This document shows, piece after piece, positions 10,137 through 19,684 of a DNA stretch of 64,000 nt. Position 1 is the first letter of the stretch, and the number at the start of each line of letters is the position of its first letter. Below the pieces are notes generated by a model. The model made no database searches. It had not been told where the DNA came from and saw nothing but the letters and a program-made list of their open reading frames with translations. The stretch covers positions 672,001-736,000 of the forward strand of contig CAWDSK010000003.1 in the NCBI GenBank assembly GCA_963804995.1. Reading direction: 5' to 3'. The translations under genes and the position numbers were made by a program. The stretch comes from an uncultured Acidobacteriota bacterium (lineage in GTDB: Bacteria; Acidobacteriota; Terriglobia; UBA7540).

Positions 10137-11362
10137 TGCGCGTTGCTCCCGCTCGTTTTGGCCGTGACAGGCTTGTTCGAAATGACCACCGCAGCTTTGT
10201 CCTGCAACTTATCGAAGCTGCTGTTGGCGACAACGTCTCCAGGGTTGATGCCTTCAACCTGCGTTACACCGCCGTTGGTAACCCCCGGCGTTACGCTGCG
10301 CATGTGAGCGAAATTGTTTTGAATCAAATAGACAAACGACGCTTGCCCATTCTGTTGAATGGCTGATGACGGAATCAGCGTCACTCCCTCCAGCGTATTC
10401 ACCAGCAGGCGCGTGTTTACAAACTGGTTCGGAAAGAGTGCATCATTGGTGTTGGCAAAGAGTGCTCGCCCTTTTACGGTCCCCGTCGTCGTGTCAATCT
10501 GGTTGTCGAGCGTCAACAGCGCCCCGCTGGCAATCTTCGTCTGCGCAGTGCGATCAAAGGCATCGACGGGGAGCTTAGCCTTCGCGTTCAGGCGGGCTTC
10601 AACCTGGCCCAGACTGTCTTCCGGTATGGTGAAAATAACGGTGATGGGCTCGAACTGCGTAATGACGGCGAGGGTTACGTTTCCACCAGACTGCACCACG
10701 TTGCCCGGATCCACCAGCCGTAAACCCACGCGGCCGGCGATGGGAGCAGTGATATGGCAGTAGTCCACCTGAATCTGGTCAAATTGCACCGTTCCCTGGT
10801 CGTTTTTTACTGTGCCCTCGTACTGCAGGACAAGCTTTTCCTGGTCGTCCAAGGTTTGCTTGGCAATGGCGTTGCGTGCCCACGCGGCACGGTAGCGTTC
10901 AAGGTCCATCTGTGCTTGGGCGAGCAGATTCTGGTCTCGCTCCAGCGTCCCTTGCGCTTGTAAGAGCATGGCGCGGTACGGACGCGAATCGATGTCAACC
11001 AGCGGATCGCCCTTACTTACCCGCTGACCCTCCGTATAATGCACGGCAACGACCAGGCCATTCACCTGGCTGGTAATCGAATCGGTATAGACCGGGGTGA
11101 CTGTGCCGATGGCGTCAAGGTAGACGCCGATGTTACCCTTTTGAGCCGTCGCACTCGTAATGGTGATCCCCGGCGCGGCAGGGCGTGCGGCCGCCGCTTT
11201 TTTGGCTTCCTCGTGGTGGTGCAAGACCAGCAGGAGCGGAACCGCCACGATCAGGAGCAGCAGGATCCACATGACGACGTGCAGACCCTTATGTCGGGGA
11301 ACAAAGGCCGGGAGTTGATGGTCAGGGCTGATGGCGGAATGCTCGTTAATGTCAGCGGTCAA
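10133..11362 (-). CDS. mdtA: RND periplasmic adaptor MdtA-like
   Basis: N-terminal TM; ITAPIAGRVGLRLVDPGN, DNQIDTTTGTVK, LFPNQFVN motifs. Confidence 0.9.
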   Translation of the reverse strand: MTADINEHSAISPDHQLPAFVPRHKGLHVVMWILLLLIVAVPLLLVLHHHEEAKKAAAARPAAPGITITSATAQKGNIGVYLDAIGTVTPVYTDSITSQVNGLVVAVHYTEGQRVSKGDPLVDIDSRPYRAMLLQAQGTLERDQNLLAQAQMDLERYRAAWARNAIAKQTLDDQEKLVLQYEGTVKNDQGTVQFDQIQVDYCHITAPIAGRVGLRLVDPGNVVQSGGNVTLAVITQFEPITVIFTIPEDSLGQVEARLNAKAKLPVDAFDRTAQTKIASGALLTLDNQIDTTTGTVKGRALFANTNDALFPNQFVNTRLLVNTLEGVTLIPSSAIQQNGQASFVYLIQNNFAHMRSVTPGVTNGGVTQVEGINPGDVVANSSFDKLQDKAAVVISNKPVTAKTSGSNAQ

Positions 11363-11612
11363 TCGGAATCTCCTTTTTCAGCTCCGAATCCCTCGCAGGG
11401 TACTGCTCGTGAGCGGCTCCGCAAGGTACAAAATCCCGGGCTGGTCAGTCCCGGGTCCCTAAAGGGAGCGGAACTTACCTAGCCGCAAAACAACCGCCTT
11501 GCCCCCCTTGATCCGCAGCCTGAATTACGGAAGAGACGGCGCAGGCATGGGCAACGCGCCGCGCAGAATCCCAAGCCTTCGAAGTAAGCTGAAACTCGAT
11601 GCACAAGCTCAG

Positions 11613-11655
11613 AATCTAAGCAACCCCAGAACGCCTGTCTGTTCACAATTGCTCA
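11613..11655 (-). promoter_or_regulatory. Crp/Fnr-like box plus -10 upstream of mdtA (promoter B)
   Basis: Minus strand TGAGCAATTGTGAACA (11655-11640), 21 bp, TAGATT. Confidence 0.65.
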
Positions 11656-11820
11656 TCTCGTAACATGCTCCACGTCGTGGCCGCGTGGGATGGGAGAACG
11701 ATGCGGGAGGGTGGGGGGGACGCTGATTCCGAACTATTCGTACAGGGCTAAAAATCTCAGCAAATTCACCGTTCGGCCCGGGCCAGCGCCGCTGGCCTCT
11801 GCGTTGTGCCACGGGCGTCC

Positions 11821-11948
11821 GAAGCTGTGAAAAAATACCATTTTCACCGCTGAGACGCTGAGACGCAGAGAAATGACCCTTTGTTTTCAAACCTCTGCGC
11901 CTCCGCGTCTCCGCGGTGAAAGGTTTGATGGGATTTTTTCACAGCTTT
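11821..11948. mobile_element. 128-bp MITE, copy 1, TSD TCC
   Basis: TIR GAAGCTGTGAAAAAAT / ATTTTTTCACAGCTTT; TCC at 11818-11820 and 11949-11951; near-identical copy at 61465-61592. Confidence 0.8.
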
Positions 11949-12030
11949 TCCTGCCCGTGCCTGGAGTTTCTACATTTGAAATGAGAGGTCTAATCCCCCT
12001 CCGAAAGGGCGGCCCGCTTCTTGGATCTAC

Positions 12031-12432
12031 CGCCCTCGGTCGCCGCGGCGACAGAGGGTGGACCGCCGCCGGCGCACTTATCAGCCGGGGCGGGACGGGT
12101 GAGGGGGTCTAAGCCGTGAGTATCGGAGATAGGATGAAATCCGCACCTCCCCGCCGCAAGATTCGGTCGTTGGCGCGCCGCGTAGCGCAACCCGATCGAG
12201 CGCGCGTCGCCCCCACCGAAACCGAGCCAGCGGCAGGGGGCTGGCTGCATCGTTCTGGAAGCGCCGGAGAGGTGGGTGGAGAAAGTGCTGCGCGGGGTAG
12301 GGTCCGTGCCGGAGGTCTTGGCAGGAGGGGGTGCCGGGGAGCGCGTCGAGCCTGGACCCCCTCACCCGGCCCGCCCCGGCTGGTGAAAGCGCCGGTTGCG
12401 GTCCACCCTCTGTCGCCGCGGCGACCGAGGGC
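12031..12432. repeat. Inverted pair of ~80-bp REP-like units (family A)
   Basis: 12031-12111 and 12354-12432 are near reverse complements; CCCCTCACCCG..CCCGCCCCGGCTG..GGTCCACCCTCT core. Confidence 0.8.
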
Positions 12433-12524
12433 AGAGATTCTTGTATTGTGCATTTTGAAAATGTACAAACTCCAGACACGGGCATCCTGCCCGTGCCGAT
12501 CCATGGCCAAGATGGCCATGGCAC

Positions 12525-12634
12525 AGCTCTTGGTTGCGGCTCTGCCGCCTGGAGCATAATTTTGACAAGCTTGCCACGAGCTCTTGGTTGCGGCTCTGCC
12601 GCCTGGAGCATAATTTTGACAAGCTTGCCACGAG
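12525..12634. repeat. 54-bp perfect tandem duplication
   Basis: AGCTCTTGGTTGCGGCTCTGCCGCCTGGAGCATAATTTTGACAAGCTTGCCACG twice. Confidence 0.9.
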
Positions 12635-12658
12635 GGGTGCCCCTACGACGTGCTGGGG

Positions 12659-13441
12659 TCAGGGAGCGCTGCTAAAGGCACTGCGGTCAGGCGGAATTGT
12701 GGCGAAATCCTGCGTGATGTAAAGACTACGATTCGGCCCTGGCACGATCCCAATTCCCACGTCAGTGTACCTGGCGTTTAGGATGTTGGAGCGATGATTG
12801 ATCTGGAAACGCGGCTCGTTCATCAAGGCGGCTTCGGCGGCAGCGACGGTTCCATCGATGGCAATATTTTCTCCCAGCGCCCGCCAGGAGATTCCGGCCG
12901 CGTTTATTCGCGCCGATAGGGGCCTTCCCTGCCCGTCAACATGGTCAAAGAATCCTTGCTCGACCATTTCGCGGGAATGCGCTCGCGCCACCGCCGCCAG
13001 CTTCTCGTTCCACCGGAGGGGTTGCGCCCGGCCACTCGTCTCGGCGGAGGTCGCGGGATCCAGGCGGTCGCGATTGACCAGCGCCCACATCTGCCGTTCC
13101 AAATCAGCCAGGCGGTTTGTACCGAATTGTTGCCGGGAAGCTGTTCCACCGGGAACCACCATGGGGAAGCTGGGATACGGACTGACGGGATGCCACACAC
13201 TCGAATGACCTGGCGCCGCCCCGGAGGCGCTATTCGGTTCGCCGAAGTGATGCCATTCGCTCGATTTGACGGGTTTCTTCTTCGACGGGTCGGGCGTTGC
13301 CTGGACTTTGGTTTGCGGGGGCGTGGCCGGGTCAGGCTTCGCGGAGGTTTGAGCCTGGCCTGGACCCGCACAGGCCAGGCTTACAGCCCACAAGAGCCCA
13401 GCGCATACAACCACCGGCCGATAAAGGGAAACGACTTTCAT
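12659..13441 (-). CDS. Secreted CAP (SCP) domain protein
   Basis: Signal peptide; LVNRDR...LRWNEKLAAVARAHSREM, GENIA, HRSNIL...VGIG...TQDF. Confidence 0.9.
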   Translation of the reverse strand: MKVVSLYRPVVVCAGLLWAVSLACAGPGQAQTSAKPDPATPPQTKVQATPDPSKKKPVKSSEWHHFGEPNSASGAAPGHSSVWHPVSPYPSFPMVVPGGTASRQQFGTNRLADLERQMWALVNRDRLDPATSAETSGRAQPLRWNEKLAAVARAHSREMVEQGFFDHVDGQGRPLSARINAAGISWRALGENIAIDGTVAAAEAALMNEPRFQINHRSNILNARYTDVGIGIVPGPNRSLYITQDFATIPPDRSAFSSAP

Positions 13442-13522
13442 AATCCAACATTATCTTGGATGCGATTTAACTAACCGATGTCGCTATACTTTCCGCGCCG
13501 GTTCCGGATTTTTCCGGGGCCT

Positions 13523-14269
13523 CTACGGAATCGTTTGCGGGGGCGCCAGCCGTGTTCCGGGCGTGATGATGACTTCGCCGGTTGACCTCAGGCAGACCTC
13601 GTACACACGGTCGGGCTCCAGCCGCATGTAGGGCGCGTCGCCATGGATAGCCCGCACGCCGCGCTCCTTCGCTAACTTCTGGTCATTGGCAAGTTCCCAG
13701 AAGCGTTTCCAAAGATCCTTCTCGAAGGCAGTGGGGGCTTGCTGCTCGGCGTAGGCCTCGGGGGCCTGCCCCTCGACGTCGATGACGAACCCATCTTCGG
13801 GCCGCATGGTGTTGGAGAAGATCCGCCGCAACAGCATGAGCGCCCGGCCTTTGAAGGGGTCGCCCTCCTCGATGAAGTGGTCGTCAAACTTGATCACCAG
13901 AGTGTCAAAATAGAATTCCTGCCCCGGCAGAGTCAGCTCTCGGGAGACACTCATCGGCTTGCCGGTGTCGTCAATCTCGGTGAACCGGATGGTAGTTTGC
14001 AGGTTCCCCTGCTGGTCCTTGGACTGCCGTAGAACCTCGATGCGAGCCCGGCGGTCGATGCGCTTCAGGATCTTCAGGTAGGCCTCAAGGCGCTGCTTCT
14101 CTTGCTCGAGCTTGAGAATGGTCTCTTTCTGCTCGTTGATCTGGTCCTGCAGTGCCCGTTGCGGTTTGACAACCAGTTCATAGGCCAGATAGATCCCGGC
14201 GGCGGCGACCGCGACCAACACTACGGACCAGACAAACAACCGAACGGGAAAATGACGGTCGTTGCCCAT
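13523..14269 (-). CDS. Hypothetical membrane-anchored protein with coiled coil
   Basis: 248-aa ORF; N-terminal TM then heptad-rich segment. Confidence 0.75.
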   Translation of the reverse strand: MGNDRHFPVRLFVWSVVLVAVAAAGIYLAYELVVKPQRALQDQINEQKETILKLEQEKQRLEAYLKILKRIDRRARIEVLRQSKDQQGNLQTTIRFTEIDDTGKPMSVSRELTLPGQEFYFDTLVIKFDDHFIEEGDPFKGRALMLLRRIFSNTMRPEDGFVIDVEGQAPEAYAEQQAPTAFEKDLWKRFWELANDQKLAKERGVRAIHGDAPYMRLEPDRVYEVCLRSTGEVIITPGTRLAPPQTIP

Positions 14270-14401
14270 AGGACCCTCAACTTCAAAAGGAATAACTTTG
14301 AACTACTGAATCCGATGACTGGAACTCACCTTACGGTCGGCACAGGAAACAGGGGCAGGTTACTTTAATCTGGCGGCGAAAGTCCACGGAATACTGTGAC
14401 T

Positions 14402-14513
14402 GGTACTGGTTCAGTTTGCTGACGTAGCGGCGGGTTTACCCCGCCATCGATCGAGTTATCTCAACGTACAATGGCGGGGTAAACCCGCCGCTACGTCAAA
14501 CTGCACCAGTACC
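14402..14513. mobile_element. 112-bp palindromic MITE with 8-bp TSD
   Basis: TIR GGTACTGGTTCAGTTTG / CAAACTGCACCAGTACC; CTGTGACT at 14394-14401 and 14514-14521; internal REP doublet. Confidence 0.8.
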
Positions 14514-14878
14514 CTGTGACTCCTTGGGGTGTCCCTGAGCGCCGACGGACGCTTAAGGACACCCCTTGTTGCCGAGTCTTCTCATCGTTCCGCGCGGGGC
14601 AAGTGAGCCCCGCTTCTCAGTCATCGATCACTGCTCGTCCTTCTTTAATTCCGAATCCCTCACGCCTTACGGCGCAGGTACGTGGACAACCTCCGGATAG
14701 AATCCAGCCCGGCTATCTCCAATGGGGCTGTATCAGAAGTTCCTGCGGCTAACGGCAACTTGGGGACGCGCGACCAAGAGCCTCTTCAGGATTGCGGCAG
14801 CGCCGGTCCGGACCGCGCATTTCGTGGTCCGGACGGCGGCGCAGGCGCAAGGGTGAGTCACTGCGTTGCGAGTCCGTG

Positions 14879-15763
14879 CTACTTGCCTACCCTAGGTGGT
14901 AGCGTAACAGTGTCGGCGGCAGCGAATGTAACGTCGGTTAGCGCCAGCGCTCTGCCGATCAGCACTGTGCCCCCAGACGGCGCCGTAAACGTAACGCTGG
15001 TACTGGACAAGATGTTTCCTTCGAATGCATAGTTCGAATTCAGCGTAGCTTGAGTGGTTTGCCAAAAGACGTTGGCCGCCTGGGCGCCGCCTTCCAGGAC
15101 AACCTCGCCGCCAGGGGTAGGGTTTACAATCAGTCCGCCCGCAATCTGGAAGATGTAGACGCCATTGCCATTCAGATAGACAGGCCCCGATACGGTAACC
15201 ACGCCGGAGTTCTTATACACGCCAGGGGTGATGGTCAATCCGCTCAACTCTGATGCGAGTGTGCAGTTTTGGCCCGCTGGGCATGGCCGTCCAGCGGCGT
15301 CATTAATGGCGATTTTCAAGGAGGCTGCCGCGTGTTTTGCGGCAGAAGATTCTGGGCCAGTATCGCTGTCGTCTATCGTTCCATTCACTATTCCTGCCCC
15401 ACCATCCTCCTCGAAAAACCCAGTGACCGAAGGGATTAAAGACCCAAGATCCCCGGTAATAACGGTGGCGGCGGTGGGGACGTTGGTAACCCCGGTTCCG
15501 CCGAAAACCGCGAACGGCGCGGCCGATCCGAGATTTACAGGCTGCAGGGTCGGCGGCGGCGTCTTCTTGCCTGCAAACGCCAAGCAAACAGCGAACGCCG
15601 CACAGAGAAGAAAGGAGCCGAGTTTCTTCATGGAATCACGCTTCATTCGACCGATGCCGGTGATGCCCGTGTGGTTGGTTGGCGCCGGAACGCCGGCCCT
15701 GATTCGTCTCATGCCGGCGTTCTCAAGGTTCGCGCCGGGAAAAAGCTCAAATAGTTTGCTCAT
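14879..15763 (-). CDS. DUF3494 ice-binding-family protein, secreted
   Basis: VNLGSAAPFAVFGGTGVTN, TITPGVY, VYIFQI, VVLEGGAQAANVFWQ, GRALAL motifs; signal peptide begins at alternative ATG 15631. Confidence 0.85.
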   Translation of the reverse strand: MSKLFELFPGANLENAGMRRIRAGVPAPTNHTGITGIGRMKRDSMKKLGSFLLCAAFAVCLAFAGKKTPPPTLQPVNLGSAAPFAVFGGTGVTNVPTAATVITGDLGSLIPSVTGFFEEDGGAGIVNGTIDDSDTGPESSAAKHAAASLKIAINDAAGRPCPAGQNCTLASELSGLTITPGVYKNSGVVTVSGPVYLNGNGVYIFQIAGGLIVNPTPGGEVVLEGGAQAANVFWQTTQATLNSNYAFEGNILSSTSVTFTAPSGGTVLIGRALALTDVTFAAADTVTLPPRVGK

Positions 15764-16025
15764 GTAATCCTCCTTATCGATGCCTCCTGAATGATGCCCA
15801 CTCCCGTAGAAGTGGGGGATTCGGACTGACTCGCCTCAGTGATGGCAGGATCGTTCCCCGCTCTCCATCGCATGCGGCCACAAAAACGACCTGTAGGAGT
15901 GCCATAAACCACCGTCTGCTGACTTCACCTTGTGCCCATTCATGACATCTCGGATGGGTCAGATGGCCTCTCCCCCCGGGCTCGGCAACACCGCAAACCT
16001 TAACGATGCCAACCCCGATTGAGGC

Positions 16026-16091
16026 ATCCTAATTAAGTCAGGTCCTGCCTGTCTGCTCACAAGAGAACATCCATTTGTTCAAAACTGCACA
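16026..16091 (-). promoter_or_regulatory. Tandem Crp/Fnr-like boxes plus -10 upstream of ice-binding gene (promoter C)
   Basis: Minus: TGTGCAGTTTTGAACA (16091-16076), TGTTCTCTTGTGAGCA (16069-16054), 22 bp, TAGGAT. Confidence 0.6.
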
Positions 16092-16237
16092 TCCCTATTG
16101 TGTCGGGACAACTACAGTGGGGGGCCAGCGGAATCGACCGATGCTTCGGCCTGGAAATAGGTACGAGTGCGATGGCTGGGTAGCCGGGGAAGGGATAATT
16201 CAAGGCCACGGTGTGACCGCAGGGTTGCGCAATTTTA

Positions 16238-16405
16238 AGCGCAGAGCGGTGGAGTCGCAACCAAACGAGAATCATAGCCCTCTCCCCGGGGGAGAGGGTG
16301 GACCGCGGCCGGCGTTTTTACCAGCCGGCGCGGGACGGGTGAGGGGTCACTTTCGGGAAGTGGCACAATATTCTCGCTAAGAAAACAAGAATCGACGGTA
16401 ATGCA
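16238..16405. repeat. ~170-bp composite repeat containing a family A REP
   Basis: Reverse-complement match to ~56600-56767, including GGTCACTTTCGGGAAGTGGCACAATATTCT. Confidence 0.75.
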
Positions 16406-16614
16406 TTGGAGAGGAATCCCGCTGGGCGCGGGATTACTCTGCGGTGCAAGTCCGCAATTCCCTGTTTTCTTGGCAAGGATTCTATGCCATTTGTGGTATT
16501 ACGAATATAAGAATGGCCCGATCGCTTGCTTGCGCCCCGCCGCTCTGTGCCACCTGCATTCAAATGCCGTTTCTAATATGGCGAGATTTGGCGCGCGAGC
16601 CGGAGGTGGCAATC

Positions 16615-16781
16615 TGCACGTCCGACCGGGCGAGGGGTGAGAAGGTTGGGCTCGGCATGGCCTGCTGTCCCATTCTACCTTTATAGGCCCACGACTTCGT
16701 CAATGTGGGACAGTCCCACATGTTGCTCTCCGCGGGGCATAGCGGGCGTTGTCCCACCTAATTTCCCAACTTCATGCGTTT
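16615..16781 (-). repeat. Dispersed ~170-bp non-coding element, copy 1
   Basis: Reverse complement aligns to 54410-54580 (AAACGCATGAAG..GTGGGAC..CGCTATGCCCCGCGGAGAGCAAC..TGGGAC.TGTCCCAC). Confidence 0.7.
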
Positions 16782-16880
16782 TCTTCCTATGACTTTTCAT
16801 GGGCGAATCCGTCACGCTAAGCTTCCGCCAAAACGGTTCCCGGGCCGACCGATGAGCAAGCTAAGCGCAAGTCGGGTTCC

Positions 16881-17990
16881 TCACAGAGGAGCAGAAGCGT
16901 CAGGCGCTATCACTGCGGGAGGGGCCTTGGTTAACAACTGCCGGTACACGATTCGCAAAGCAGCGAGCACCGGGACTGAAAGAAAGCAGCCGGCTATACC
17001 CGCGATCGAGCCGCCCGCCAGGACTCCGAAGATGATCAGTAAAGGATGCAGCTTCATGCCGGCGCTGAGCAAATGCGGTGACACCACATAATCCTGTAAG
17101 AAACGGAACGCGAGAAGGAACACGAAGACTGCGAGCAGGTGGTGGGAACCGCTTAAACCCGCAACGAGCAAAACGATGATGGCTCCGGCAAGAGGACCCA
17201 CCATGGGAATAAATTCCAGGGGAAAAGCGACAGCCGCCAACAGAATCCCATACGGAATGCCGACCATCGAGAAGAAGAGTCCATATGCCAAAGATGCCAC
17301 GACACCCAACAACACCAACGCTCGCATATACTGTGCCAGCAGCACGTGCAGGTCAGCGGCAATTCTCTCCACCATGTCGTGGCGGGCTCCTGCGGCAAGA
17401 ATGCCCAGGATGGAATTGCGCATCTCACGCCCATCTTTCAGGAAGAAGAAACTGAGAATCGGAACCAGGATAATGAAGATAAGGTTTCCGGCGTGCGAGA
17501 TGACCCCCAAGGCGGCATTCGAAAGCAGCGCCAGGATATCTCGCGAATGATTGGCCAGTTGCTGTTGCAGCGTTGAGATGACCGTGATTTTCGGCGGCAG
17601 TGAGGCGGGTGAAAAGGGGGGCAGGATCGGAGGCTGGAATTTCAAAAGGAGCTCAGGAAGCCTGGCCGCCAATGCGTTTGCCTCCTGGACTACACGAGAG
17701 CCGATCACAATTCCAATGACAATCAGGAACCCAACTATCGAGAGGTAAACGAGGGTGAGCGCCGGCACCTTTGACCGGCCCGGTAGCCGCCGATCGAGAA
17801 ACTTGACCAGCGGCCAGAGCAGATAGGCGAACAGTAGTGCCACGACAAAGATGAATATAGTTTCGCGAATCAGATAAAGCAGTGCCACCAGGAGGAGGAC
17901 AATAACTGCTGTCCAGGTGCAGCGCGCGGCACGACGATCAAGACCCAGCAAGATTCTGCTCCTTCCGCCACCTGGCGTGGCCTCGGTCAC
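16881..17990 (-). CDS. AI-2E family transporter
   Basis: Multi-TM; FFFLKDG, FIPMVGP, QDYVVSP..LHPL..GG.IAGIAG.FLSVP; start uncertain (GTG 17990). Confidence 0.9.
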   Translation of the reverse strand: MTEATPGGGRSRILLGLDRRAARCTWTAVIVLLLVALLYLIRETIFIFVVALLFAYLLWPLVKFLDRRLPGRSKVPALTLVYLSIVGFLIVIGIVIGSRVVQEANALAARLPELLLKFQPPILPPFSPASLPPKITVISTLQQQLANHSRDILALLSNAALGVISHAGNLIFIILVPILSFFFLKDGREMRNSILGILAAGARHDMVERIAADLHVLLAQYMRALVLLGVVASLAYGLFFSMVGIPYGILLAAVAFPLEFIPMVGPLAGAIIVLLVAGLSGSHHLLAVFVFLLAFRFLQDYVVSPHLLSAGMKLHPLLIIFGVLAGGSIAGIAGCFLSVPVLAALRIVYRQLLTKAPPAVIAPDASAPL

Positions 17991-18157
17991 AAGGCTCCGG
18001 CCTAGCCCGTTGCCCCGCCAGGCCGCTCTCAGCCCAACCGGCAACTATGTGCGTGGGGCCTTCCACATTTGGGGATCTGCGCCGTTGGGGCGCACTGAGA
18101 AACCCCGGCTAGTGTAGGGCGCCGCAAATCGCGGCACATATGATTGTCAGGGTCAAC

Positions 18158-18211
18158 GTCGTAGCGCTGAGCTTTAGCTCAGCACATGCCGACCTGAAGG
18201 TCGGAGCTACA
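18158..18211. repeat. REP doublet (GTAG-type)
   Basis: GTAGCGCTGAGCTTTAGCTCAGC...GCCGACCTGAAGGTCGGAGCTAC. Confidence 0.7.
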
Positions 18212-18237
18212 AGCACCACTACTTGCGACACAGTACA

Positions 18238-18678
18238 CTAGGCAGTTGCAACTTTTTCATTCTCAGGGCGGCTCACGTTGGTAGCGGCGCCATGGACCCC
18301 GCTCATCCAAGTGCCGGCCTCGGTAAGTTCATCTCCGGTGGGAGGGTCGATCAGAGCCAGCCCCTCCGGGCATGCGCCGGCCGGACGCGTGAACTGATCC
18401 TGGTTCATCAGGATGAAGTCAAGGGCCAGACCTAACGGTTGAGAATGGAATTTGTCCTTGAAACCTATTCCGCTGGGGTGGGCCGAAGAAGTCCACGTCC
18501 AGTAGTCGCACACCATCTTCTGATGACCCTCGGCATCAACCGACCAGACGCTCAGGTAATCCACCGCCGCTCCAACCGCACTTTGGTATTCCACACGAGC
18601 GGAACAGGGGTCGCTGACTTTCTTCAAGTCATCCCAGCCTAGAATCACTGCAAACCCCAGTGCCTTGTTCAATTCCAT
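18238..18678 (-). CDS. Hypothetical protein
   Basis: GGGAG RBS before MELNKALGFAVILGWDDL; 146 aa. Confidence 0.65.
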   Translation of the reverse strand: MELNKALGFAVILGWDDLKKVSDPCSARVEYQSAVGAAVDYLSVWSVDAEGHQKMVCDYWTWTSSAHPSGIGFKDKFHSQPLGLALDFILMNQDQFTRPAGACPEGLALIDPPTGDELTEAGTWMSGVHGAATNVSRPENEKVATA

Positions 18679-18701
18679 GTAGATTCTCCCTCTTGAACGA
18701 A

Positions 18702-19565
18702 TCACTTCAGTGGCTTTGGATTCACGCCGTGGCGAAGAGGCCGGCCAGGCATCGGCTCCAAGAAGCTTGGTGGGGCCGAAGCCGCGGCAGCAACCAGTTC
18801 GCTGATCTGATATTTCACGTCGCGCGAAACCATCGTGGAACGCCCGAGTATCCGGACGTTGGCCACGGCCTCCGAGGCTATCTGCAGCCACATTCCGCTC
18901 ACGTCGCCGTATACAAACGTAACGCTCACCTCCCGCACCCACCAAGACGGGGTCTTGGCGGTCTCGCCCTCGAAGCGGCGAAGCAGGTAGGTGTTCGCAT
19001 CAACCCAAACGTCGCCATGGAGCAGATGTTTCTCTTTGCGCCGGGGAAGCAACTCCAGCACGTAGCAGCGCTGGCCACTTACCTCTGCCTCGCGAATGAA
19101 GCGAAAATCATAGTTGTCCGCCGACAAGTCGGTTGAGACGTGATCCTTGGTGACCTCTGCCTCATTTGCCAGCATGCGGCGAACAATGACTTGCCCCAGT
19201 CCGCTCCCGTTCGTCTCCTGAATGGTGTACATCTTGGAGTCCGGAGGAACGAAGGCTACATCCGCAATCACCTCGGACTTGGCCTTGCTTGCTTCGTTGC
19301 CAAACAACTGGTAGTTCCGCGTCACGATGTAAGGCCGCAGACGGGCACGGTTCTCCGCCCGGGCCTGCGCCATGCGGGCGATGATGGTTTCCGTGGTGGG
19401 GACAGAGTCCCCGGCCTGAGGCGATGCGGCTGCCATTCCTGCGAATAAATAGAGAAAAAGCAACCACCCGGCTGGTTGCCCCGCCGCCACGCAGAAAGGC
19501 CTTCGTCCCGCTTCACGGATTTTGAACCAAAAGTTTTGCGGCAAGGGCGCACCCTCCGCGATCAA
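18702..19565 (-). CDS. Exported LolA/MucB-like (outer-membrane lipoprotein-sorting-like) protein
   Basis: YDFRFIREAEVSGQRCYVLELLPR...GDVWVDANTY motif; signal-like segment; start uncertain. Confidence 0.7.
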   Translation of the reverse strand: MIAEGAPLPQNFWFKIREAGRRPFCVAAGQPAGWLLFLYLFAGMAAASPQAGDSVPTTETIIARMAQARAENRARLRPYIVTRNYQLFGNEASKAKSEVIADVAFVPPDSKMYTIQETNGSGLGQVIVRRMLANEAEVTKDHVSTDLSADNYDFRFIREAEVSGQRCYVLELLPRRKEKHLLHGDVWVDANTYLLRRFEGETAKTPSWWVREVSVTFVYGDVSGMWLQIASEAVANVRILGRSTMVSRDVKYQISELVAAAASAPPSFLEPMPGRPLRHGVNPKPLK

Positions 19566-19684
19566 TCCCCGGGTCTTCGGCCCCGAATAACCCTAACCAA
19601 AACTACTGCCACAGCCGGCACACCCTGAAGTAGCACTAGAAATAGAATGTTGCCAGCCGCAAAGATTTGGCCTGTTCGGCCGCC

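Noticed and set aside
12525..12634. 54-bp repeat as CRISPR or iteron
   Set aside because: Simple two-copy tandem duplication with no spacer and no rep gene
11609..12722. Several 60-176 aa ORFs
   Set aside because: They run through REP/MITE palindromes; the same peptides recur at other repeat copies
15764..16025. Known riboswitch (e.g. c-di-GMP) in the ice-binding gene leader
   Set aside because: Could not match conserved cores by eye; left as an uncharacterised leader
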